DNA of 64,000 bases from Eledone cirrhosa (Eukaryota). Location: assembly GCA_964016885.1 (NCBI GenBank), contig OZ024753.1, positions 12,090,001-12,154,000 on the forward strand, written 5' to 3'. Shown one piece after another: positions 12,935 to 26,424 of this stretch (the first letter of the stretch is position 1; each line of letters begins with the position of its first letter). Both the position numbers and the translations under genes were made by a program. A model generated the notes under the pieces. That model was not told the origin of the DNA. It searched no databases and was given only the letters and a program-made list of their open reading frames with translations.

Positions 12935-12967
<33 letters not shown>

Positions 12968-13048
12968 TTGGGGTAACACAACAGTTAGTTCACCATACCG
13001 AGAACAATTATTTCACCTTAGCGGATCCTCAGCTCGTAATGGACATGG

Positions 13049-13096
<48 letters not shown>

Positions 13097-13142
13097 CACA
13101 TATGCATATATATTTATACACACACACGCATACACATACATT

Positions 13143-13177
<35 letters not shown>

Positions 13178-13220
13178 TTAGACATACATACATACTCACA
13201 CACACACATACATATATATG
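12485..13220. repeat. Compound (TA)n/(TATG)n/(CA)n microsatellite containing a family A element
   Basis: Directly visible. Confidence 0.9.
12999..13036 (-). ncRNA. Minimal type I hammerhead (family A)
   Basis: Minus strand CGAG-CTGAGGA-TCCGCTAAGGT-GAAA-TAATTG-TT-CTCG; perfect 4-bp stem I; inside an 80-bp insert between (TA)n tracts. Confidence 0.75.
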
Positions 13221-14140
13221 CAGTGCTTAGTTCTGCAATATTCTGTATATTGTATATCTTTATTATACTATATATCTCGATTATCTGTTTCACTGCATCT
13301 TCTATTTGTTATTCCCAAAGCACATATTATTCTTTGTATTGAATCTATTTCCAATTCAGGAGTTTTTTGATGTCTGTTATGTTAGATATATTTGTGCAGT
13401 TTTGCAATTTCATTCAGATATAAATATTGTCTACTGCAAAAGAATACATCTATTATGTGACTTTGTTTCTAATGATATTTTCAAGTAATACCGGACGTTC
13501 TATGTTAATCTCCCTGTCTGTTGAAAGACGCATATCCCAATCATAGCCATTTGACAGTCTTTGCGATAAAATTGTTTTGTTTGTTGCATACATATTCTAA
13601 ACCTATTCCATAATGATGCTATAAATTCTATTATATTAAACATCCAAATCTGCCATGTCTATTTATAAACTGGATTTAGGCTAAGCCTGTGTAACAAGAG
13701 CACATATTGATTGATTGTATGTTGAGCTTCTGCATATTCTACAGTTGTATTTTCTACTCCTCCTAATTAAATGTATTTAGACGCGTGTTTTATCTATGGT
13801 GCGTTTCCTCTGTCGCTATAAAACACCATTATATCTCTATATCTCTAACCAATTTTATTTGCTGTTTTGGGAAATTTGCCATATATATGATCCATGGATA
13901 AATTAGTCATCATACGATTTCATTGTAAAATTAGCTTCTGAATTTTCTTGTTTTAAATGAAACAATAACCGATATTCTTTCTCCGCCATCCTGATGTCTA
14001 TATTAGCCTCGGAAGTTTGTTCGTTCAATATCAAAAACGTACTTGCAGTTAATGTTTATTATCCCTAAATTTATTCATTTTTAGTTATCTCTCTTATCTT
14101 TTACTTACTGCAGAATATATTTTATGCCTACTTCTTAATT

Positions 14141-14301
14141 AATTGTTTCTACTTTTGGCACAAGGCCAGCAATTACTCAGTACATTACTGGTACTTTATT
14201 TTATCGACCCCGTATGGATGAAAGGCAAAGTTAACCTCGGCGGTATTTGAAATCAGATCATAAGGAGACATAACTATGCTACCGACACTGCCAATTCACC
14301 G
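14141..14301 (-). mobile_element. SINE family 1 with TSD
   Basis: Flanking duplication GCCTACTTCTTAATTAAT at 14126-14143 and 14313-14330. Confidence 0.9.
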
Positions 14302-15126
14302 ACCTCTTCACCGCCTACTTCTTAATTAATGTCTGTCAATATCTGTCTCATAAACAACTAATATTGAATACAGTACTATCTATTTTTGTTATTCTGTATA
14401 ATCTTGCTAGTTTACAGCTGTAGCATTCATATCTATTGTCACATAATTAGACTGAAATTTAGATTTATGTATTGATATAATATGTCTATAATATCTATTC
14501 CTAAATACATTTCATTCAATTGTGTTATTGAAATTTAACTAATTTTTTAAAATCGAAATGTTCTTCTTTGTTTCTCTGTGAATTTATTATCGCTGTCTAT
14601 CCTAAACATGGCTTCCTTTCCATCTCTCCCAGGTGGCATAGAACAATATTTCAAAAAAAAATGTCTTGTTTTTTTTACCAATTGTTTCGTTATTCGCGAG
14701 AATGATTTAGCGGTTATTTGCCAGGTACAGGTTCTATGTGCCTATCTGATTAAATACTATACAGTTTAGAAATGTTAATATCTGCTACCATAAAAGTAAG
14801 AAGAAACACGTTGGGTAACCATGCAATTTTCCTTTCGATAAGAAAGGATTTTCTGTTTTAAAGGATATAAATGACTGTCTTGATTTTATAGCTTATTTGC
14901 TTTACTTGATCTACCTAACGTTGATTGCTGAAAACTTATTTGTGAAGATATTTTCAGAAGTCTAGAGTAGAAAGATAATTAATAAAAGATCCAAGTTGAT
15001 GTTCATGTATTTCATAGATCCCGGACCTCTGTATTCTCTTAGATTTCAGGTACGTCTATATTGACTTTTAGTTGTAAAAGAAAACTTGGATATGTTTATC
15101 TCAATCTCTTCTCACCGATTGAAACA

Positions 15127-15283
15127 ACCGTATTTCCCGGCGCCGAAGAGGCTAAGACCCTAATTTTGACAACCAAAAATTTGAAAAACAATAATAAACA
15201 ACCTTCGGTCTCCAGGACGCATGGTAAATTTTGGTGACTTATTTTAGGAAAAAAGTAGCGTCTTCAAGGCCTGGAAATACGGT
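15127..15283. mobile_element. MITE with pogo/Tc2-like TIRs
   Basis: ACCGTATTTCCCGG ... CCTGGAAATACGGT. Confidence 0.65.
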
Positions 15284-15764
15284 GCGTTATAATTTTGAGT
15301 CACGCATTTATCTTTTAATGCTATATGATTAAAACTGAAAATTAATGAGGTTGGATATATTGTGGAGTTAGTATATTAACATTTTTTTTATTAACATTTT
15401 TTTTATTGTTTATTGGTTTCTTCTGTCTGATAGACACACGTGGCATTCTCCCAGCTTTTCGGGAATTAAAGATAACTTTTGAAAATACATTTCGGGAACT
15501 ATTTAATGTTGTTTCGGTTTTTGTTGCTCAGCCACGAAAACAACATATACTTTCTCGAAGTAACATTTGATCCCACAAGATTATCTAATTTGACAAGCGG
15601 ATGGCGGAAGTTATCCTAAAACACGTAACTCAGCCTGAACACTTGCGAAACAAAAGCAAAACCAACCAATGACTAGGTGCGGATGTCAAACCGACTGATG
15701 TCAAGAACTCAGGAACTGAAAAAACTGGAAAGATATAAGACGTCACCAAGATCACTCACATAAG

Positions 15765-16055
15765 TCCTTCTTCCTCTGCCTCTTCTGCTTCTTCTGCTTT
15801 TTCCGGTTCTTCTTCTACTGCTTCTCCTTTTCTTCTTCTTTTTTTCCCACTTATTCCTGAGGGAGACATGTCAGAAGCAACCGCCCCCAACTGCTTCGGC
15901 TGGATCATTAAGCGAGACCATCGAAGCTCATCGATGTTGTCCAGCCATCTCCCTCCTATCGGTTGATTTTTGCCCGTAAAATCTGTCAAGCGATTGTTTC
16001 TCAAGACATTCCCATCAACCGAATAACATGGATTGCTACTTATTTTCTTGTTCCT
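15765..16055 (-). mobile_element. RTE-clade LINE 3' stub with expanded (GAA/GCA) tail
   Basis: GRWLDNIDELRWSRLMIQPKQLGAVASD followed by a purine-rich trinucleotide tail. Confidence 0.65.
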
Positions 16056-16059
16056 GAAG

Positions 16060-16485
16060 GGCGAAGTCAATCTCGAATGAATTTGAACTCAAATTACAGA
16101 AAGCTGACGCAACTAAAGCAAGACATTTTGTTTTACACTCTCATGACTCGAGAAATTCAACGTCTGAACGAACTATTGTTGGATAACATAATTTCCTTGT
16201 TCCCGAATGTTAGAATGGGGAAGTCAATGTCGACTGGATTTGAACTCTGATTACAGAAAGATGACTCAACTAAAGCAACATATTTTGTTTTACACTCTCC
16301 TGACTCTTGAAATTCAACGTCTGAGCGAACTATTGTTGAATAACACAAATTTCTTGTTCCCGAATAGATTTGAACTCGGGTTACAGAAGGCTGAAATATC
16401 TAAAGCAACGCATTTTGTTTTACACTATCATGACTCGGGAAATTCAACGTCTGAACGAACTATTGTTGGATAACACAATTTCCTT
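16060..16485. repeat. Three tandem 130-160-bp units beginning with a SINE B-box fragment
   Basis: ATTTGAACTC..TTACAGAA...GAAATTCAACGTCTGAACGAACTATTGTTG at about 16080, 16238, 16368. Confidence 0.85.
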
Positions 16486-17588
16486 TCTCATTACTGTGGC
16501 TACTGTATATAATAGATGATTTATTCGTGTACAATTGATGTTCGCATCTTTTACAGTCTGTATTTGATAGTCTGCCTTGCGTTTCTTTATTATTATTCTA
16601 ATATTTATCATTAAGTCGTATCTTTGGAAATGTCTTTTCTTGGTACATAGCAACATATATCGATTTTATTTCTTCAATTATTTCAATTATTGTCATGTTC
16701 AGTATTTCCAGCTTTAGACCTTTCTGGCCTCAGATCTTTCTCATATTCAACTGTCTTCATATTTTTCTTTTGTGTAATTCTAGTTTTACTTTTGTTAGTT
16801 GATAGGTTCTATGTATGATTGAATTTGATTTTCTACTTATTTCTTTTGTTTATTTATTTTTTCTTCATGTTCTCTTTTCGTTATTTATGATCTCAATACG
16901 TACAGTTGTGATGTTTTATTCACTTTCTTAGTTTATTATTGTGGATGTTTTTTAGAGAGGTGGGGTTCTTTCATCGTATATAAAATACTTTTGTTTTGTT
17001 TTTTTAGAAAGTATCTTGTAAAATTAGATAGACTTGAGAGGTCAAATGTTACTTCTAGAGAGGAGAGGATATGTCCTTTTTCTTCAAATTTAATTATTTA
17101 CTATGAGGTATTTACGTGTAGTATGAAAAAAGCATCCGACGTTTCATGCTTTCTATGTTTCTTCATGCTTTTTATGTTTCTTTTGTTGATCAGGGTAAAT
17201 AATAAACGATCATCGATTTAATGACTCTCAGCATTTTTGTTAAGTCCCAGGATATTTCCATGTTTTAATTTAGAGGCCACAAGGGTGCGTGCCGATACCG
17301 GTCCTTGGATCATTTGCTACTGGGCTGCAAATAAATAATTAACTTGTTTAAAATTATATATTAGACAAATTAATATTGGAATTTAATTTTAAAATATTTG
17401 TTGAAATATTCAACATTCCTATACTCAATACACTTTTTACCTCCCTTTAATAAATTGCTCTTTTTATTATTTCTTTCTTGATGGGTGGCGTGTTGGTGTA
17501 ATGGTAACGTATTGGTCCGGCAAACCAAATAAAGAAAACATTATTTTCTCTTTATTGAAGTCCACTTAAATAACACATATGTACAGCT

Positions 17589-17722
17589 GCCGGTCCGCGG
17601 AGATAAAGTCTGTCATGAAGCCGGTCCGCGGAGAGATTGTCCGGCATAAAGCCGGTCCGCGGAGAGATTGTCCGGCATAAAGCCGGTCCGCGGAGAGATT
17701 GTCCGGCATAAAGCCAGTCCGA
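17589..17722. repeat. 31-bp GC-rich minisatellite, about 4 copies
   Basis: GCCGGTCCGCGGAGAGATTGTCCGGCATAAA at 17651, 17682. Confidence 0.9.
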
Positions 17723-17909
17723 GGTATAAAACAAGCTGGAGATCAGTGTTCTATTTGATATGAAGGCGGCACACTGTTAAATTCTATAGAACCTCGGATA
17801 GAATGCTATTCGGTATTCGCTGAGGTGCCGTGGCCCCGAGGTCAACTTTGCCTGTTATTTTTTGAGGTCGATAGAAGAGTACAAGGCGGATTTTCTTCTA
17901 TACCTATTT

Positions 17910-18170
17910 TCTCTTCCTTTCTCTCCGTCTCTCTAACTGTCTCTCCATCCCTCTCTCCATCCCTCTCTACATCCCTCTCTCCATCCCTCTCTCCATCCCT
18001 CTCTCTTACCCCCACCTCCTCCACCCATCCACCCCCTCTCCGTCCTCATATCCACCCCTATCGCCATCACCCTCTCCACCCCCTATCACCCCTCTCACCC
18101 CCTATCCATCCCCTCTCCACCCCCTATCCACCCTCTCTCCACCCCCTCTCCACCCCTCCTCCTATATCTC

Positions 18171-18205
<35 letters not shown>
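17910..18205. repeat. C/CT-rich low-complexity tract
   Basis: (CCATCCCTCTCT)n, CCACCCC runs, (CT)n. Confidence 0.9.
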
Positions 18206-18208
<3 letters not shown>

Positions 18209-18714
18209 AAAGCCGTCGGCTGTATTCAGACTGGGAGAGGGGTGGGCTTCGCCAGGCTTAAAAGTACAAAAAACGCCGAAAGCCTTTCCCCTAATGGAAT
18301 TATTAGATTGTGACCATCACAGCACGCGCCTTCAATTTATTGGGGCGAAATATTCACGTAATTATCGAAGAGAAAATCACCATCTTTCAACTTAATCATA
18401 TTCAAATTAATTTTCTTTTCTTTAATAATTACTACCTTAAAAACCATTTATGAGAAAAATAGGAAATAACTACTGCTAATGTTTTTCAAAATTCTATGAA
18501 ATATTTATCTAATGTATTCTATTAAAACCATCTCTGTGAAAATGGTAATTCAGGAAATGTTTCATTGCTTCAGTAGAGAAGTTAGAAGCACATTCAAGAC
18601 ACTTACATTTAATATCTACTATTGATCAGATATGACTGAACGTTGTGCGGATTCACGTTCCAATTCGAATAAGGACACATCATACTTAAGTTTCCATTTT
18701 TAACCGAAACACTA

Positions 18715-19675
18715 CTTCAGCTTCTTTTTCTTCTTCTTTTTCTTTTTCTTTCTTCTTCTTCTTTCTTCTTCTTCTTTCTTTTTCTTATTCTTCTTCTTAT
18801 TCTACTTCTTTCTTCTTCTTCTTTCTTCTTCTTCTTTCTTCTTCTTCTTTCTTCTTCTTTCTTCTTTCTTCTTTCTTCTTTTTTTTTCTTTTTCTTTCTC
18901 TTTCCTTTTCTTTCTCTTTCTTCATTTTTTTCTTTCTTTTTCTTTTTTTCTTTCTCTTTTTTTTCTTTCTTTTTCTTTCTTTTTCTTTCTTTCTTTTTCT
19001 TTCTTTTTCTTTTTTTCTTTTCTTTTTTCTTTCTTTTCTCTCTTTTTTCTTGTCTTCTTTTTTTCTTTTTCTTTTTTCATTGTCTTCCTTTTTTCTTTTT
19101 TCTTTTTTTTCATTTTCTTCTTTTTTCTTTCTTCTTTTTTCTTTTTTCTTTCTTCTTTCTTTTTCTTTCTTTTCTTTTCCCCTTTTTTCTTTTCTCCTTT
19201 TCTTGTCTTAATTTTTTTTCTTTCTTTTTCTTTCTTTTTCTTACTTTTTCTTACTTTTTCTTTCTTTTTCTTTCTTTTTCTATCTTTTTCTATCTTTTTC
19301 TATCTTTTTCTATCTTTTTCTATCTTTTTCTATCTTTTTCTATCTTTTTCTATCTTTTTCTATCTTTTTCTTTCTTTTTCTTTCTTTTTCTTTCTTTTTT
19401 TCTTCTTTTTTCTTTCTTTTCTCTCTTTTTTCTTATCTTCTTTTTCTTTTCTTTTTCTTTTTTTCATTGTTTTCCTTTTTTTCTTTTTTTTTCATTTTCT
19501 TCTTTTTTCTTTTTTTTTTTCTTTTTTCTTTCTTTTTTCTTTTTTTTTCTTTCTTTTCTCCTTTTTTCTTTTCTCCTTTTTTCTTTTCCCCTTTTTTCTT
19601 TTCTCCTTTTCTTCTATGTCTTTTTTAATTTTTTTATTTTAATTTAATTGTTTTTCTGTTCCTTTTTCTTCTTTA
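18715..19675. repeat. About 950-bp polypyrimidine (TTC/TTTC/TATCTTTTTC) tract
   Basis: Almost purine-free plus strand; abuts RTE 3' stub at 19676-19750. Confidence 0.95.
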
Positions 19676-19867
19676 TCCACTTATTCCTGAGAGGGTCTAG
19701 GGGTGTTAGTCCTCAAATAGACTATCCAGCGGGTCCTCTTAGAAGCCACAGTGAAAGACTACCGCCTCAAATATGTCCTGTCATTCTTGCTCACTGATAT
19801 CATTGTTTTGTGAATATATAACTGGTGAATATTTGAGTTGAGTTAGCGAGAATATTATTACACTGAT

Positions 19868-20090
19868 AAGGCACGTGGCTTAGTGATTAGAGTTGGATTT
19901 ACAATCGTCAGTTTGCGAGTTCAATTCTCGGCCCGAGTTATCCGTTCTGTTCTTGCACAAAGAAGAGCTGTTCTTTCTACAAGGAGTTACGACCGGTAGA
20001 TAGTATCAGCAATGGAAATGGTTTTGGGGTCCGATTTAACGAGATCCATCCCACTCGGCAAGGGGACGAGGTCTGGGATCTTGTCGATCG
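19868..20090 (+). mobile_element. SINE family 2, tail variant b (diverged)
   Basis: Head GGCACGTGGCTTAGTGATTAGAG...GAGTTCAATTCTC; tail CGACCGGTAGATAGTATCAGCAAT shared with 47022 and 38330 copies. Confidence 0.65.
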
Positions 20091-20247
20091 ATCAGAGCAA
20101 GAGATAGTATAGTGTCAATATTCCTGATAGACATTTACCTGAGTGGAAATGATTGGTTTTACGTATTTTATATATGTCATCAGCTTAGGTTAAAACACTG
20201 AAGGGCACCATCGGCTTGAACTACGTCAGAAATATCAACTAATATAT

Positions 20248-20432
20248 AATTGTTTCTACTTCTGGCACAAGGCCAGCAATTATCCCAGTGTATTACTGGT
20301 ACTTTATTTTATCGACCCCGTAAGGATGAAAGGCAAAGTTAACCTCGGCGGGATTTGAACTCAGACCATAAAGGGCCGTAACTCTTTACTGCAAAGCATG
20401 GAGTCCGACCCTCCACCGATACTGCCAATCCA
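20248..20432 (-). mobile_element. SINE family 1
   Basis: Full-length consensus match. Confidence 0.9.
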
Positions 20433-20824
20433 ATATAAGGCTCTTGTGTTTTTGTACGCCACGCAAAGGGATATAACTCATCAGAATACAAATATAAATA
20501 GGTACATATACATAAACATACATTATAAAAACGTATTACCTACATACACATCTATGTGATGAGTGTGAAAGAAAGACGCTGGTGAAACACTATAGAAAAC
20601 AGAACAGCGTTCGCTACACCTATGTTACTCATACATATATGTGTGTGCATATGCACACACATATATGTGTATGTTTATGTAGATAGATGTATGTGTGTGT
20701 TATAATTATTTTTAACTAACGTTCTTAGATTGGCTACACTTTTGTGCGTGTGTGTGTTTGTGTGTATCTGTTGTTTAAGGAGCCAAGTCCCCATCAATAT
20801 CGAAATAAATCAAGAATATAAAAT

Positions 20825-20992
20825 AATTGTTTCTACTTTAGGCACAAGGCCAGCAATTACCCAGTGTATTACTGGTACTTTATTTTATCGACCCCGTAAG
20901 GATGAAAGGCAAAGTCAACCTCGGCGGGATTTGAACTCAGATCGTAAAGAGACGTAACTATGCTGGAAAGCATGTCGTCCGACCCTCTACCG
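20825..20992 (-). mobile_element. SINE family 1 with TSD GAATATAAAATAA
   Basis: Consensus match; flanking duplication. Confidence 0.9.
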
Positions 20993-21132
20993 AATATAAA
21001 ATAACAACAAATACTCATCTACCCATTAGCCGCCATTTTTGAAGGCACGGGGCCAGCTAGTATATAAATAGAAACCTATATGATACAGCTCTAAAATCAA
21101 TAACATGACATGTCCCCCTCTATTTTTTTTAA

Positions 21133-21308
21133 TGGCAGTATCGGTAGAGGGTAGGACGCCATGCTTTCCAACATAGTTATGTCCCTTTCCGGTCTGAGTT
21201 CAAATCCCGTCGAGGTTAACTTTGCCTTTCATCCTACGGGGTCGATAAAATAAAGTACCAGTAATGTACTGGTTAATTGCTGGCCTTGTGCCAAATGTAG
21301 AAACAATT
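21133..21308 (+). mobile_element. SINE family 1
   Basis: Consensus match. Confidence 0.9.
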
Positions 21309-22239
21309 ATTTTCATAATTAATATTATCATTTGTATTATCGCTACTTACTTGAGAGAAACGGAAATATTGGTTCGTCAAGTATGACATTTCTAGTGAGG
21401 CATATGAAACATTTTTTGAACGTTTTTTTTCCTGAAAATTTCATACTTGGTGACCCAATATATAGTGTAGTAAAAAAAATAGCATAGTTAGTAACTTTAA
21501 ATCAGAAATTGAACAAAAGTTCTATTATTCTTCACCCATGGTATATCTACAGTAGTAGTATAAAATTATCCCAGTCTTCTGCTAGGATATCCTTGTCAGT
21601 AGGTAATCGGCACGGAAGTACAAACAAATAAAATGTATATAAAGTCATGGCATGTATAAGAATATAGCCAAGACTTGCAAAGGCGGAATTGATTTAAATT
21701 TAGATATTCGTAGGAGTTAAATATGAATGGATTCGTTGCATCTTTTGGTGCAGATGATAAAGAAATAGATTTGCATCCGTATATAGAGGATTTATCATAA
21801 ATGTATTACTCAGAAACATATTCCAAACCATGTTGTATATAACGTGATTGATTAAGATATGGTGAATAAATGCATTCAGGAGAATTGATTGAGACTGATA
21901 TTTGAAATAGCCGATAGCATATAAATGAAATTTCTATTCACAAACATACGAAGTTTCAGAATTATATGCCTGCAAAACAATCTCATTTAATAGAAATATA
22001 GATTGCTAGAAGAACTGACAAAATTCCTATTTCAGTTATAGAGTTACATATATAATTCATTAAATGGACTGACGTATATAGATATAAATAATTATGAACA
22101 TACATAAGATAAAAGAAAATATTTCAACTGTTCTTCGTCTCTGTATAATTGATTAAGTATACAGAAATATGATATAATAAAACAAATAACATTAACTATT
22201 TTCTTCAGACACATTTCCAGACACATTTATGATAAGTAG

Positions 22240-22480
22240 TAAGATTCTGATACCGATCGCTCTTCGACAGGTTTGCGGTCGTGCCCTTGGCAGTGCAGTG
22301 GAGACTTCTGGTGTCCTTGGCCCTAGGGCTGTCTCCATCTCCCTACTCACACCATTAGACGCTGAGTTGGCCAGCCGCAGGTGTGAGTCTCACGAGATGG
22401 AATGGCTCTTCCAGCGCATCTCCCTTACCAGCCTCCGGGGAAACGCCTTCTCCATTCTGCCCGCCGGGGCTGTGGGGCGG
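22240..22480 (+). mobile_element. CRE-like non-LTR retrotransposon 3' remnant (restriction-like endonuclease end)
   Basis: AVETSGVLGPRA...EMEWLFQRISLTSLRGNAFSIL matches the recalled A.ET.G..G...LFQRLS.A.QRGNA..IL motif. Confidence 0.75.
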
Positions 22481-22744
22481 TCAGAACGTGGGACCCCATT
22501 TTCTCACCATACGGAGAGATGTTGAGGGCGAGAGAGATGGAGGCGATGACAGTGGGAGTTCGGCTCTTCCACGTTCGGACCCTATACTTGTGGTTGTGTT
22601 TATCATCTATATAGAAAATTATTTACTTCCCCAAATATTTTAAGTACGCCATTTTCAATTACAAACGGGTTATCCATCAAACCCATGGTAAATATTGAAG
22701 GCGATAGTATTCAATAATAACTTAAAAGATGAGATGATTTTAAA

Positions 22745-22915
22745 CTCTTGTATTGCCTTGTTCCTCCGCAAGATCGGAGCATCGTCGACCCGTCTGTGGA
22801 GGGAGCCCAGCGAAGTTGGGTGGCTGTTGCAGCGGGTGTCACTGGCCATCTCCGGGGGAATGCTTTTGCTGTCTTGTCCGCGGGAAGCAGCACTCCTTGC
22901 CCTAGGCCCAAAGCC
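22745..22915 (+). mobile_element. Second, divergent CRE-like 3' remnant
   Basis: FLRKIGA...REPSEVGWLLQRVSLAI / LRGNAFAVLSAG across one frameshift. Confidence 0.7.
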
Positions 22916-23017
22916 CAATCACCCTCCCCCTTTTACCCTCCCTCTCTTCTACACCAGAGCTCTTGCCATCCCCTTCCTTTCTTGTACTTTTTCTTCTTTC
23001 TTTCTCACTCTCTTCAA

Positions 23018-23199
23018 CAGGGTGTGTCAGAATTCATGACTCACTTGATTAGTTATAGATTATTTATAGATTATTTATAAATAAAAAAAACCTGATAAAC
23101 ATATTAAGAAATAAAATAATAAATTAAAACAAAACAATAAGAATAAAATAAGCACTTTAAGAAATATAACAATCCAGTAATAAATTCTAGCCCACCCTG
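23018..23199. mobile_element. Tc1/mariner-type MITE
   Basis: CAGGGTGTGTCAGAATT ... AATTCTAGCCCACCCTG-TA. Confidence 0.6.
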
Positions 23200-23749
23200 T
23201 ATATTTCCCTATTCTTTTTTTTCCTTTTGTTTCCTCTTTTTATATGTTTTCTTACTTAATAAGGTTAGTTTTTTGCTTTTCAATAGACGCAATGAATCCC
23301 ACTGTAAACAGCGGTACAAAATATATATATAATTATAACCACAGTAAAAATGTTATTAAAGATAATTGTTTCGATAGATACTTTATATAGAAAGTTCTAT
23401 TTTTTCTCACCATTTTATCTATAGAATTCATTGAATTTGATTTAGTGGCATTAATATTGACGCTTTAAATTAATTCCTTCAATCAGTTCTTTGCCTTTAT
23501 TTATGAGATTGTGTACGCCATTAACATAATGGATAATAATAATCTATATGTTCTTTACATGTATTTCACACAGTCATCGAGTCGTTAAACAGTGTATTAC
23601 CGGGTTTAATTACTTTTAATGTTTGTTTGTTGTTCACAATATTTCAGCTTCGCATGGTGAATATTAACTATTTATATTTGAATAATAATTATGTGGAAGT
23701 TATTATATTCATGCGGCTAAATCATGGTTACTGATTTAAGTACAACGTC

Positions 23750-23938
23750 AACAAATTTGGAGGAGGAGAAAGTCGATTAAATCGACCCCAGTACATTACT
23801 GGTGTTTTATTTTATCGACCCCGTAGGATGAAAGGCAAAGCTAACCTTATCAGGATTCGAAATAAGATCATAAAAGGCCGTAACTCTATCCTATAAAGCA
23901 TTTTGTCCGACGCTCCACCGATACTTTCAATCCACCGC
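23750..23938 (-). mobile_element. SINE family 1, long variant
   Basis: Contains the extra GTCGATTAAATCGAC hairpin segment. Confidence 0.85.
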
Positions 23939-24569
23939 TCCCACAATTTAGTATTAAATGGATGGAAGATAAGTCTCCATCTGAAATATTATGATAAGAC
24001 CCCGTTTGCTCACAGAGAGATGGGGAGGGCGAGAGAGATGGAGGCGATAGTGTGAGTTCGGCTCCTATCATGTGGATCATTTGATACTTTCCTATTGTTC
24101 ATTCTTAACACAATTCTCAGGAAGGTTAACCATCATCATCAACATACATGCAGTTATTTCGCAAATATTTGTTTCCATTTAAGGAAATTCCATATTATTT
24201 CGATAACAGTGAACTTTCTAATTTGCAATGGAGCAACGTGAAGTAATTGTAATCCCAATACCCAAACTATAAATCACTATTATTAAATTTGTTTCATATA
24301 TTTTCTTCCTAATTATCTCTCACCTTTCTTAGTTTCTCCTGTTTCTATTTATTTGACCTTCTCTATATATAGGTTTTCTATCCTTTTAAACTTATGCAAT
24401 GATAATTTGTTACTTACTTTAACAATTTCGGTCTTGCTAATTGTATGGAAATATTTGTAAAGAATGCTTTCTATATCTATATATAGGAGTCTGCTGAAGT
24501 CTGCAATGAATGTAAAACAAATAGTGGTTTCTTAAGAAAATGCTCTATGAATTAAAATCAGACATTGCA

Positions 24570-24740
24570 GTTAGACCTATCAGGCAATACCGTCTCCAAA
24601 TTATCCTGTTCAATTTCCAATCGAGACCAACCAAGCCAATGCATGTCATTAAAATCTCTTACTAGTGGTCTTACCCTGTAACTCCAACCTGTGTGCTTTG
24701 CTTTTTACCGCTGTCCAGCACCGCTTTTCTAAACCATTTT
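24570..24740 (-). mobile_element. RTE-clade LINE 3' stub (diverged)
   Basis: WLGWSRLEIEQDNLETVLPDR, similar to 11000 and 15845 stubs. Confidence 0.5.
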
Positions 24741-25038
24741 AACATGTCCTTAGTACTGCAACTGCGATCTCTCAACATTGAGAATTAAATAAAACATGAT
24801 CTACGAGCTCATTATTTTAGGGATCCTTTCCTTTTATCCCGTAACTTCCGTGGGAGTCGTAGGGGCGCCATATTGACATACACGAAGCATTATACCCGAC
24901 ATTCTAATTAATGGCTCTACCAATTCCCCATCTTCTATATTAGTTATATTTATCTGCAATGTAAAAATTTGCTATTTCCCATTCTAAAGCAAGATTTATG
25001 CGACAAAGACAATTAAATGAAGGGAAATGCTGCTTAGT

Positions 25039-25247
25039 AATTGTTTCTATATAGGCACAAGGCCAGCAATTCTTTTTTTTGGGGGGGGGGGAGGGGTCGA
25101 TTAAATCGACCACAGTGCGTGACTGGTACTTTATTTTATCGACCTCGTAAGGATGAAAGGCAAAGTTAACTTCGGCGGGATTTGAACTGAAACCGTGTAG
25201 GGCCGTAATTCTCTGCTGCAAACCCTCAACCGATTCTGCCAACCCAC
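25039..25247 (-). mobile_element. SINE family 1, long variant
   Basis: Consensus plus GGTCGATTAAATCGACC. Confidence 0.85.
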
Positions 25248-25411
25248 TAAGACTGCTTAATACTGATCAAAAGTACTCCACATTACCTGTATATGAGAGT
25301 TCTCAACGAAACCCATGAACATGGTAAATAGATGTGAGCTCCATGCTAGTGCAACAAATGTTAATGTTAGACGCGTAGTCGAGTAAAGTGGATGAATTTC
25401 TGATGTTATTC

Positions 25412-25592
25412 GATTGGCACTATCGGTAGAGCGTTGAACGCCATGTTTTGCTGCATAGTTACGTCCCTTTACGATCTGAGTTCAGATCCCGTCGGAGTTA
25501 ACTTTGCCTTTCATCCTTCCGGGGTCGATAACATAAAGTACCTGTAATGCACTGGGTAATAGCTGGCCTTGTGCCAAAAGTAGAAACAATTA
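25412..25592 (+). mobile_element. SINE family 1
   Basis: Consensus match. Confidence 0.9.
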
Positions 25593-26424
25593 TTTTCCTA
25601 AGTTAGTGGAATAATATTTCGGACGACATACATTATTAATTATTGTTCACACACGAAAAATATGAAATAATTATAATTGTGATTCTTCATTTATATAATC
25701 TAATACATGAAATTACTTTTCAACTTCAATGATACTTCAATATAAAAACAATAACAACCATGAAGTTGTACGCAATTTAATACAGTTGTACTTAATTTAA
25801 TCTGGATTATGGACAACTCCAGGGTATCTTAAACTAGTATTCTCAGCTATGCATCAACGAATATTTTCTCTTTTCAAAGAGAATATTTTAGATTAAGCCA
25901 ACATAAGCATATATATTTGATTTGACAAAATGAAACACACACACACTCACTCAACGTTACTTGATTGGATCTTGTATAAAAGCTTATATACATGAAACAT
26001 TCAGTAAACGTAGTTTCTGCAGAAATTTCTAAAGTGCACCAGCTCACCGAATTTAGATCACTTTCTACGAAGGAAGAAAACTCTGTACGTGGAGGATAAT
26101 CAGCCATTCTCTTGTGATTTAAACAAGAAAATAAGTGCGTGTGTTTCTTTCATTTACCAACTCGTATATTTCTGATGTATCTCGTCAGTTTCCTTGTTGT
26201 TTTCTATTGATTATTTCTAGACAAAGTTTAACAAACCAAGACATCCTCGTTAATTGGATTCCTGCTTTTAGTATCCGACTGCCTATATCCATTAATATTA
26301 AAAAGTAAAAGGAAAGTGATTAGATAAATGGGATCATGAGGTTTATTTACTAATTACTTGCACCAATCAGCTTTACTGCATGTTTATATACACTCCAAAA
26401 TACACATAGAAATTCAGACACGTA

